Positions 39,383 through 50,494 of a stretch of 64,000 bases of DNA are shown here, piece by piece. Every line of letters begins with the position of its first letter. Within the stretch, counting starts at the first letter, position 1. Made by a program: the position numbers and the translations under genes. Source of the DNA: Carcharhinus amblyrhynchos (taxonomy: Eukaryota); the NCBI GenBank assembly GCA_965287045.1, contig OZ336892.1:38068001-38132000 (forward strand). The letters are read 5' to 3'. The notes below the pieces were generated by a model. It had not been told where the DNA came from, did no database searches, and saw nothing but the letters and a program-made list of their open reading frames with translations.

Positions 39383-41721
39383 AAATATTTGGCGAATCCA
39401 TCTGTAATAGTCATATGTCGTTATTGTTGTTGCTCTACAGCAAACGGTCTAGTTATATAAAAATATGATCCAGTTGGCCTGATGCATTGCCAATCTCAAT
39501 TATAGAGTACCTCGAGATTACAGTCAGATTCCCCAGCTACAACTTCCAATCCTTTTTTGGAGAGATTAAGTGCTTTGCTGTCCAGTGGGAATTTTCTGCA
39601 CTACATCAAAACTCTGGCGAGTCTGCTACAGGCTGTGTAAACAAAACTCAGCAGCGGTGGGAACACCAGAGTTGCCAACATCCAGACTGTAGATATCAGG
39701 AGACTGCAGATGCTGATAGTTATGCATTAAACAGACTCATCCACATTCTTCACTGATGCTAAAAGTTCCATATCTAGTACAATCACACAACTGCCAGTCC
39801 CAATGCAACAAAATCATGAGACAATCTGTTGTGTCATAAAGTTAAGAGCACCTAACATTGCATGAGCATTAGAAGTTTGTGCAGCCACTTTCTAGCAATA
39901 AGGATATGGTATCCAGGGTGAGTAGGATTGGTTGGAGAGAGAAGTGGCGAGACCACAAAGAATGGAAATTGGTTGAAAGGATGAGTCCAGAGAGAACAAA
40001 CCCAACACGAGTGCAGAGGCTGGTCAACTTCAAAAGAAGTGGCAGAGGGTCAAAGCTGGATAAGTACTAAACAAATCCAAGAGCCAGGCGGCAAAGGTAT
40101 TGAAAATTACAGCAAGTGAGCACTGTTAATTCGGGAGCACATGTCACAATATCCAAGTTCAACATCTTGGGAGAGGTACAGAACAGCAGACATCACCAAA
40201 TAACCAATCGGAGCATTTGGATGGAGCACGGCGTGAGGGAAAATTCCAGGGCTTCCATAAGATATGGGATCAGGAAAGCTAAACTTTGATTCAGGACAAG
40301 GAAAAGAGAAAAACATTAGACATCTTCTAATACCCTTTCGAAAAGCTCAGGCCAAGTACACAAATTAACAACCTACATGTACACAAGACCCTTAGAACAG
40401 AATTTAAAATGGTTCAAATTGCAAATCTGAGTAAATCTGGTCAAGTCTGGTTAACTGTCATCTTAAATCTTCTGTCTTGTCTACCTCGCCTCTAACAATA
40501 AGTGTGACAAGCTCATGGACTTTAGCAAGATTCAAGCCATACAATCAGTTGCCCCTGCCATTTCCCTCCCTTTCACAACCCAAAATGCCAAATATCACCC
40601 AAGACTCCCCCACAGTTTGGGTGCTCCCTTGGCACACCAGGGGCATAGAGAAAGAAAATGAGAAGACCCTTCCTTTTCTGATCCCTATCTGACAAAAGTC
40701 CCGCAGGAAAAACAGCAAGTGAAAACGAGCACAAGAGCAAGTATCAACCTTGTCTGCAACATTCTTTCTGGTAGAACAGCCTGCCGACAGTGTCCAGGCT
40801 GACATGAGGAATGCCCAAAGTATGAAAAAGTTGCTGCACTGTGGCCCCGAGAGAGACGGGCATAAAACTTGAGTACGAAGAAAGAAACTATCGGATTCCA
40901 AGGCGTATTTTTAAAAAATCATTTAACATTCAGAAATATCTACACATAGAACACACAAAAGCAACTATGCTCTATTTCTGTGGAAATTGAATTTAAAGCT
41001 TGGGATTCCGTAGCATTCAAGTGTGATTGCAACTGTGTAATATATGACAGCAATGTATTCCCAAGTCTATCCGGATGGATAATCACTTCACAATTATATA
41101 CAGAAATAGGCTTCTACCACAAAGAACGATTGTGAAAATAATTAGACACACCTATGAATACTTTAATTAAAATCTGCTGAGCCTTCATTTAACTCACTTG
41201 AGGATTGAGACTAATTTTGTACAGCGTGACCAATTGCTTTCTCAATTTTTATTCAACACAGACTGAGTGATAAAGAGCAATTTGGTGCAGTTAACTTTCA
41301 GGGGGAAAAAGCTGAGTAAAGAGGGAAGCAAGACTATGAAGAAGTAACAGACCTTTCACCCCTTCTCGCTCCCATTCGAGAACTTTGAAATTCGCACACA
41401 GCAAAGTTAAGGACTGTTAGAGTGAAGAGAAATGAACTGGAATTTTACCACCTCGCCCAAGGTTCATAATATTCTGCCCAAGGCTAAGAATGCCATTCTG
41501 CGAGCCTTGCCTGCCCTGATTCTGGGGCGGGCATGCCAGTAAAATTATGGCAGCAGAGTTCTGAGCACTAGCTCAGATCAAGTTATTGTTGTGTAAAACT
41601 GGCAAGATGATCCAGTGCATTGGGATAACGGCCATTGGAAACTGTTGGTTCATTCAGAGAAAGAGTTGCAAGCAGCATGGGAACTCAGAATGCAGGAGGC
41701 ACATTACTCATAAAATAAGAA

Positions 41722-42070
41722 TTTTTTGATTTTGATTTATTGATGTCACACGTTAGTATACAGTGAAAAGTATTGCTTCTTGCATGCTATACAAACAAAG
41801 CATACCATTCATTGGGAAGGAAAGGATAGATTGCAGAACATCGTATTACAGTCATAGCTAGGGTGTCTCAGTGCAAGCTAAGTCCATTCAAAAGTCTGAA
41901 GGCAGCAGGCAAGAAGCTGCTCTTGAGTCGATTGATATGTGACCTCAGACTTTTGTATCTTTTTCCCATCGGAAGGTGGAGGAAGAGAGTATGCCTAGGG
42001 TACGTGGTGTGCTTGATTATGCTGGCTGCTTTTTCTAAGCAGTGGGAAGTGTAGACAGAGTCAATGGATG
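41722..42070 (-). mobile_element. Rex1/Babar-type LINE 3' end
   Basis: Reverse complement of the 3' part of 16060-16601, including the tttgattttgatttattg tail. Confidence 0.7.
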
Positions 42071-42713
42071 CATTGTTTGACTGTGAGAAGAAACTCGAGA
42101 TACTGGCACTATTTCTACTGAAGTGATGAAGCCCAAGAGATGAGAAAATAGGCTGTTTTACAGTCTCTCCCTGTTCATTCTACCTTCATTGATTAGGACT
42201 TTAGTGTCAAGCAATTTATCAATTGACACATAGATTACAAAAGCAAGGAAGCTATGGTGAGCTTTTATAAAACATAGCAGATTTAGTAGAAATCTTTTCA
42301 ATTGCTGACAACTCAAGGATTATTTTTCATTCCTCCTCTTTCCCATTGCCACAACCACCACCTGCTGTTTCTATACTTTAAGAAGGGAAGTTAAGGGATG
42401 AACGCTACAATTTAGCTCTTCTGGGTTGGAACATAGGTCAAGATTAGGACACGAAGGTTAGTACACCTGACTGATAGCTTGCAGGAAATTCTATTCATTA
42501 AAAGAAATGGTTTGGGCTTCAGAATTCCTGATCTGTGATCCTGTTACACAGAAAACTGCACTGGCAGAGTGAAACTGAAAGATCTGCTCCTGTTTTTAAC
42601 TCGCTTGGAGGCAAAATTCAAATGCTAATTTTAAATAAGGAAATTGCAAGAGCAAAGAAATAATGCTAGATTTCTTTAAGACATTAGTCAGACCAGACTT
42701 AGTGCTGTACTAT

Positions 42714-43385
42714 CAGCCATGGCTCAGTCAGCAGAATGCTCACCTCCGAATTACATGGTTCTGGGTTCAAGCCCCACTCCAGGGCTTGAGCACAAAAATC
42801 TAGAATGATACACCAATGTAGTACTGAGAGAGGGCTCTGCATCATCAGACGTGCCTTCTTTCAGATGAGATGTTAAACTGAGGCCCCAACCAGCCTGCTC
42901 GGGTGGATGTAAAAGATATCATGGCACTATTTCAAAGAAGAGCAGGGGAGTTGTCCCCAGCTTCCTGGCCAATATTTACCCCTCAATAAACATCATAAAA
43001 ATATGGTATCTGGTTATTATCACTTTGCTGCTTGTGGCTGCCACTTTTAGGCGGGTTTGTCATTTGGGGGCGTTCAGTCATAATCCCACAGATGGTAGCT
43101 TCGCATCACTGGCTGCTGAGCCAAGTACGTACACCAAATGTCTGAACTTACAGTTCCTCTCATACTGAGCAGGATTACTATTGCAACAAAACTTTGTCAT
43201 CATCAGGAGGGTAAAACTAACCTGTCAGGTCTAATCACAGCTCACGTTCCTTATTAATGGGTGGACAATCCAACGCTTGATCAATTTTGCTTCACAATGA
43301 CAGAAAGAGCCAACATCGGAGGATCAAAAAGCGACGTACAACAATGGCTACATTTCAATATATACTTCACATGGAGAGCACGGTG
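42714..43385 (+). mobile_element. Deu-domain tRNA SINE (SacSINE1-like), split by a 28S fragment
   Basis: A-box tggctcagtc and B-box gggttcaagccc, central gggtggatgtaaaagat...tcctggccaatattta. The tail acaacaatggctacatttcaa resumes at 43338. Confidence 0.7.
43047..43337 (-). pseudogene. 28S rRNA-derived fragment (3' part of domain V through the sarcin-ricin loop)
   Basis: Reverse complement reads acgtcgctttttgatcc...aagcgttggattgtccaccc...gacaggttagttttaccc...cctgctcagtatgagaggaac...gcgaagctaccatctgtgggattatgactgaacgcc, matching eukaryotic LSU rRNA with substitutions and small indels. Confidence 0.93.
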
Positions 43386-45760
43386 ATTATGAAAAGTACA
43401 CTATAAATGCAAGTCCTTTGTTTTCTTTTGCTGTATGTAGTTTTGGATGTCCCATTGTAGAAAGGAAAAAGTTCACTGAACACTTAGAGAACACAGGTTT
43501 AGCAGTACAGTGGCACAGACACAAACCCATACTTTCAAGACGATATATCGTGTCTCTAATATTCTGGCCAGAACAGGGGTATGTGGGTAACACACCCATC
43601 AATCACACCTACAAGCCAAAGCTGTAAGTAACCAAAATTGATTTGACATCAAATTCTGTTTGCAACAGTTTATAAAGACTCCCTCTAAATAAACTTTGCT
43701 TTGCTGTCTGCTGAAAAATGCATTGTTTGGCTGTGAGGAGAGACTCAAGATACTGGCACTATTTCTACTGAAGCGATGAAGACCTAGAGATGGGAAAATA
43801 GGCTGTAAAACAGTCTTTGCCTGTTCATTCTACCTTCATTGGTGAGGAATTTAGTGGCAAGCAATTTACCAATTGATGCATAGATTACAAAAGCAAGTTA
43901 CGGCGAACCTTTACAAAACAACTGGTTCAGTGCACAGGATTCTGGACATCACACCTAGGAAGTGCATGAAGGTGCAGAAAAGATTTATAATGGTTCCAGG
44001 GATGGAAGACAAGAGTTACAAAAACAGATTTACGAATCTGAGGCTGTTTGTTTTAAAAGAGGTTAAGAAGAAATTTGCTGGAGTCTAGCACAATAGATAG
44101 GGAGAAAACGTTAGTAATAATCTTTTCCGTGAGTTTTCTATAGCCTGACATTTGATGGTGTTTGAACACAGCTATACATCCTTGGCTGTGGGCTTCAACC
44201 CAGATTTCTACTCCTATAAAATGTGCTAACTGGCTGCCTACCGAGCAGTGCCTTACAGCAAAAATCTCTTGTACGTAATTCCAGCAATTCCGCTCGGCAT
44301 ACTATGCAGGTACTTTAAGCCAAGTTCAGCTGGTGCCACTCAGAGTTTTGCTCGAGTCTGATGGGAATTGTATTGTGCTATGTTGTCATTTATCAATCAA
44401 CAATGTTGTGGTCATAATCTCCACTTTGTTACTATATGCAAGGGTAAACATGCAGGTACGGTGACATAGTGGTTGTGTAATCGAAAGGCTTGGATGTGAT
44501 CCAATAAGAAAATTCAAATCTCACACAGAGTTGGGGAATTTATATTCAGTAATTAAAATAAATATGGAATTAAAAGGCTAGTATCAGTATTGATGCAAAG
44601 ATTCATCTGGTTCACTTAGTGGAGGAAATCTGCCAACCTTACCCAGTCTGGTCTACATGTGGCTCTTAGCCACCCACTAAAATGGCCTAACCAGTTGCAT
44701 CAAATCACTACAAAAAACAAGGATAATAAAGCCAGATGGACCACACACCATCACTCTAGGCACCAAACAAGACTAAGGCACGACAATACAAATGGCCCTC
44801 CAAATTTCTCCTTAATGGGAACTTGTGTCCAAATTGGGAGATGTGGCCCACAAGCTAGTCAATCACAGGTTAATGCAATTATACTCAAAAGAATCATTCC
44901 GCCAACATCCCAAACACCAAAATAGTCAACCTGACCCATTTTCTGTCTGTTCTTCGGCAGGACAGAACCAACCAGAGGTGAGGGCACACAGTCAGGAGGA
45001 TATTGCTCTAGGTGTTTCCAGAATCGACCCTGGACTCGAAGTCTCATGACATCAAGTTAAACATGAGCAAGAAAACTTCCTGAAGGTCTCTACTCTCCCT
45101 CCGTTGATGAATCAGGACTACATGTTGAATGCCACTTGTATGAGGCACTAAGGGCAGAAAGGACACACATTGTACTCTGGGTGTGGGCCTTCAATGCTGA
45201 TCATCCACTGTGGCATCAATATTATAGGGGTGACCACCTGCAAGGTCCCACCTTCACAATGAGGACACTCTCAATTGCACTGTGTGGCACTAACACCATG
45301 CTAAATGGAATAGATCTGGAGGAGAGCAGCTCAAAACTAGCAGCCCATGAGGCACTAAGAGCCACAAGCAGCAGCAGAACAGTACATCACTATAATAACC
45401 TCAAGGTCCAGCATGTCTGTCATTACAATTACCAGCAAGCCAACCCAGTCTCAATAGGGTAGGTGTATAAGAGTAGCCATGAAAAGCACCAAGCATACAT
45501 AAAAGTGATTTGCCAACTTGGTGAAACTAAAACACAGGATTGCATGCATTCTAAACGGAAAAAACAGCATGATATAGGCAAAGCAATCTCACGATCAACA
45601 GGTCAGATCAAAGTTTGACAGTCCAGCTACATCCAGATGTGAAGAGTGGATGACAATTAAATAATTAGAGGGGAGGGAGGGTCCATAAGTATCCCCATTT
45701 CAATGGTGGGGAGCCCAGCACTTCAGTTCAAATGACAAGGTGAAGCATTTGCAACCATCT

Positions 45761-45956
45761 TGTACATGGGATTTAATGGGATTGAGGGTGTACATGGGAT
45801 TTAATGGGATTGAGGGTGTACATGGGATTTAATGGGATTGAGGGTGTACATGGGATTTAATGGGATTGAGGGTGTACATGGGATTTAATGGGATTGAGGG
45901 TGTACATGGGATTTAATGGGATTGAGGGTGTACATGGGATTTAATGGGATTGAGGG
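45761..45956 (+). repeat. Perfect tandem repeat, 7 x 28 bp
   Basis: Unit tgtacatgggatttaatgggattgaggg starts at 45761, 45789, 45817, 45845, 45873, 45901 and 45929. Confidence 0.97.
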
Positions 45957-47030
45957 TTATAGATAGGCCTGGTAGGTAGGGATATGATTGGTGCAACTTG
46001 TAGACCAAACAGCCTGTTTGTGCTGTAGTGTTGTGTGTTCTATCTTCAGCCAAAAGTGCCAAATGCTGATCCACCTTGGCCTACTCTTAAGATCTGCAGC
46101 ATCACAGAAGCCAATCTTCACTAAGTTCAGTTCACTCCAGGATATCAAGAAACAGCTGAGCACAATGAATACATCTATGGGTCCTGACAACAACCTAATT
46201 GCCACGCTGAAGATTCACGGTCCAGAACTAGACGTGACTCCAGTTGAGCTGTTCCAGTACAGTTACAACGGAGGCATCTGCCCAAGAATGTGGAGAATTG
46301 TCTAGGTGTGTCCTGCCCACAAAAAGCAGGTCAAATACAATCAGGCCATTCACTCCTCCTCACCCAACTCCCCAACATAAGTAATTTGTGGGAATGGGCA
46401 AGTGTAGTAATTGAAACTGACAAAATACTTGTTCTGCCACATATCCTAACACCATTCTCACACTGGACAATGGGAATCTCTGCAGCCTTGGCAAACATTG
46501 TATCAGCACAAATGAGAAATGAATCTACCCACTATTACATAGGCTCTGTTCACACATGTGCGATTCTCAACTATTTTATAATATCAGCACAATGCATTCA
46601 ACCGGGTACTTGTTCAGGTTAGTTTCCAAGAGATCAGCGGCCACAATGTGGTTCTTGCCCACTCGATGCTCCTAAATGTCTTGCCAGGTTTTAGTAAGTG
46701 CAACTGCATTTTACATACACCATGAGAGACATGGCAATCTTGGCACAGTATGCCATGCACAAGGCCAAGAGATTCACATTTCAATAATGGGTTGGCCTCA
46801 TTTGGCATTTTAATCCACAATATTGAGTGGTTCTATTATTTTCACTGCCTACGAGTTGCAATGGTATGAAACAGATTTGAAAACAGTCTGTGAGCTGCCA
46901 ACTGAACACACGTCAGCTGGTGTTGGTGTTATCATCTCCTTCTCACCAGTAGCAATTTAAAATGTTTGCTTGCTACAGAATGTGCACAAACGGCATATCG
47001 GTCTATTTTTAATCTTCAAAAGGAGCTTAC

Positions 47031-47106
47031 CTCTGGGAGCTGTGGAATCTGGATCAGCCGCTTGAAATATTGTAAGTTGCTGGATCTATAAAGTAATTCT
47101 TTCAGT
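47031..47106 (-). CDS. HIP1: HIP1 coding exon (about exon 10)
   Basis: 76 nt, ccag|...GAG|gtaagc. Translates LKELLYRSSNLQYFKRLIQIPQLPE. Confidence 0.96.
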
Positions 47107-47169
47107 CTGGGGGGGAAAAAAGTAAAATTAAGTATACAAATGCCTTTAAAGGTTAAATTTGAGTTTGAG

Positions 47170-48790
47170 AAGAGCAACCTCTTCCTTGCAGATACTGAAT
47201 GGCAACTCTCAGACACTTTGTCCTACTTCCACCAGACCAAGACCCCACCACCAAACACAAGCCATTGTTTTCAGAACAGTCATGCACTTTGTCTCCTCTG
47301 GTGATCTTCCCTTCAAGGCATTCCATCTCAGTTTCCCAATCCATACAGCTCTCTTCTACCTTCTTCCCAAAATCCATAAACAGGAATGCTCTGGCAGATC
47401 GATCTGTGCGGCCTGTTCCTGGCCCAGTGAAGTGATTACTTTGAGTCACATTCAACTCGAAACATTCACCGTTCCTCTCTTCACAGTTGCTGCTGAACCT
47501 GCTGAACATTTCTCGCACTGTTTTTATTTCAGATTTCCAGCTTCTGCAGTATTTTGCTTTGATTTCTTCCTACCTTGACTCCAGCTTTCTCTGACAGACT
47601 GAACTTGTTTCCATTTTTGCTGATAGACTATCAACTAATATTCAATAAGCCCATCAACTCCTATAACTACCTCAATTGCACTTCCTTCATCATGTGATGA
47701 CTCCCAGTTCCTCCAGCTCCATCTCAACTGTTCCAATGGCGCAAACTTCCACACCAGTGTTTTGGAGATGTCTTCCTCTCGCCACCGAGCCCCAGCATGG
47801 TTGACAGCACCCTCAATCATGTCCACCATTTTTCTCATCCTTTCCCAGAGCCAATATAGAGTTCCCTTCGTCCTCACCCTCCACCTCATCAGCCTCCATA
47901 TTCACTGGACTAATATCCACCATCCCCAGCGTGAAGCTACCATCAAACACACCTCCCACCCCACCCCTCCTTTTCAACATTCCAAAGGGAATGTGCCCTC
48001 AGTAAGAATCAGCCCCAACACTCTGTCCTCTTTGCCACAACACCTTTCCATGCAAAAGTAGGAAACCTAACAGCTGCTCTTTTGTCTCCTCTCTCCTAAA
48101 CATCTGAGGCCCCAAACACTCCTCCCAGGTGAAGCACTGATTCTTGTGCACTTCTTCCCATTTGGCCGACCATATTTGCTGCTCATAATGTGATCTCCTC
48201 CAAACTGGGGAGAGCCAGTGCAGATTGGGTCTCTGCTTTGCTGCAGCCCTCCATTCAGTCCATAAGTACAAACCTGAGCTCTGTCATTTTAATTTGCCAC
48301 CTTGTTCTCACACCTACATCTCTGTCCTTGTCCTCAGCTTTAGAAAGAGCATCTCAACTTATAATTAAGCACCCTACAGCCTTCTGGGCTCAACAATGGG
48401 TTCAACAATTTTAGACCATAATCTCGAGCCCCCTGTTTCTTTCCCTTTTGACTTTTGTTTTTTATTGCTTGCAGACAAATCTGCTCTGGGTACATCTTTT
48501 ATTTCTTTATTCCTTTTCTTGCCCCTATACCATTCCCTTTTGCCCAGTAAAACTAACTTTCCTGTTGTTCAATCTCTCCTGCCTTTCACCCTATTTCAGG
48601 TGTTCCTTTGTCATTGTCCTACACACTCCCTGCTCAAATCTGATGTTTCCAGTTCTAATGAAAGGTCATTGACCTGAAATACTAACTCTGTTTCTCTCCA
48701 CTGATGCTGAATGATCTGCTGCATACTTCCAGCATTTTCTGTTTGAGTTTCACCTCTCCAGCATCCACGATATTCTGTTTTTTGATTAGT
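47170..48790 (+). mobile_element. Decayed Penelope-like element
   Basis: FYLLPKIHKQECSGRSICAAC is a PLE RT motif. A GIY-YIG remnant lies at about 48130-48220 and a degenerate hammerhead (ctaatgaaaggtcattgacctgaaa) at about 48655. Confidence 0.8.
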
Positions 48791-50494
48791 ACTGAATTAG
48801 AGTTATCTTACTGAACATACTCTAACCCTTTAAAGCGTGGTCACAATGTTTAATGTTACAACTAAACTACAGGAATGATCACACTGAAGCCAACAACTCA
48901 TCGTGCTACCTCAGAGCAAGCTGATCTTTGGTCTACAGAGCTGCAAGCACCAATAATCCACCACCAACAATTTGTACTTACGTAGCACTTTTATTCCAGA
49001 AAAACAATACTATTAGTGCGTCATAGAAACAACAGAGAAACTCACACTGAACCAAAAGAGTTATTAGGAGGGTGACAAAGAGGAAGTTTAAAGCCTTAAA
49101 AAAAGAGGTTGAAGAAGGGAGTTTCAGATCTAGTTAGTTGAAAATAAAGTTAACACTCTGGGCACCCAACACAACAGGAAAAGATTAAGAGACAGAGCAC
49201 GGGTGAATGAAGAACTTGAGATTGGTTGTAAATCTGGAGATTATAAAAGTTGATACAGCATGTCCACAAATAGAAGTAAACACAAGGCCATAACGTGAAG
49301 GCATGGAGACACTAGGATTCAATCTGGACTAGCAAAGAAAGAATGATGGGGGAAACAGGGTTTGCTGTGGAACAGGATATGGACAGTTGAGTTTTGGATG
49401 AGCTGAAAGTGTAAATGAGAGGTCAACTAGTCCAACAGTCGAATGGTGGTGTTTGGAGGCACAGATGTGAGTTTCATCAGTTTTAAGTGAGACCTTATGA
49501 ATTTAACTGAAGGACACAGGAGGGGCAATCAAACTACTAGGATTGAATTAGAGACCTTAAAACGGTCAGAGATATCGAATCATTGGCAAAAGACTGAGAA
49601 GTTCAAAAACATTAACAGGCAGTAACAACTACAGGAATAGTAAACAGGGTAGAAACAGCATGAAAGGCAGAGAGAGAGTAGGATTCTTAAAATGCATTGA
49701 AGAGATTTCTATTTGCCGTTATGTAGCCAGCCAAACAAGAGAGGGACAGTTCTGGACTTTGTATCAGGGAATTAAGATGGGCAGCTGAAGGGGTCATCAG
49801 TTGGAGATTGAAGTGGTTATAATTGAGATTTAGAAAGGACAAAGATAGACCAAGAAGTAAAAGCTCTCAATTGAGGAAAGGTTAATTTCACTAAGCTGAG
49901 ATGTGATTTCACTCAAGTGGACTGGAATCAGCTTGTCAAAGGATAAATCAATGCCTGATCAGTGGGAGGCATTCAAAGGGAGATAAGGAAAATGATCCAT
50001 GAATATAGGGGGTGTGCGTGTGCGGTTTTACCATTGACTAGAACCGGAACTGGACCAGCTACATCAGTACTGTGGCAACAACAGCTGGGAATTCTGCAGC
50101 GCATAACTCTCCTGTCTTCCCAAAGCCTGTCCACCATCTACAAGGCATATGAGTGTGATGAAATATTCTCCACTTGCCTCCCAGAAAAGAAAAACAATAA
50201 ACGGGGAAAGAAGAATACTGGTCCAAACTGCTTTTTCCTTCTGGGTAATTGGGTGCCGCTCCAACACTCAACAAGCTTGGCATCATCCAGGAGAAAGTAG
50301 CCCACTTGATTGGCACCCCATCCACCACCTTCAACATCCATTTCCTCCACCACCAAGGCACATGGCAACATCTGTGTGTACCATCTGCAAGATGCCATGC
50401 AGAAACTCACCAAGGTTCCTTCAACAGCACCTTCAAAACCCGCAACCTATACCACCTAAAAGAACAAGGGCGGCAACTGTGTAAGAACACAACT

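Noticed and set aside
43047-43337. Functional rRNA gene
   Set aside because: Only about 290 bp, mutated at conserved positions, and with no other rDNA nearby.
45761-45956. CRISPR array or telomeric repeat
   Set aside because: The units are head-to-tail with no spacers and contain no TTAGGG.
48653-48690. Further active hammerheads (also about 31335, 35226 and 52175-52205)
   Set aside because: The core nucleotides (CUGANGA or GAAA) are mutated or deleted, so these are treated as dead Penelope termini.
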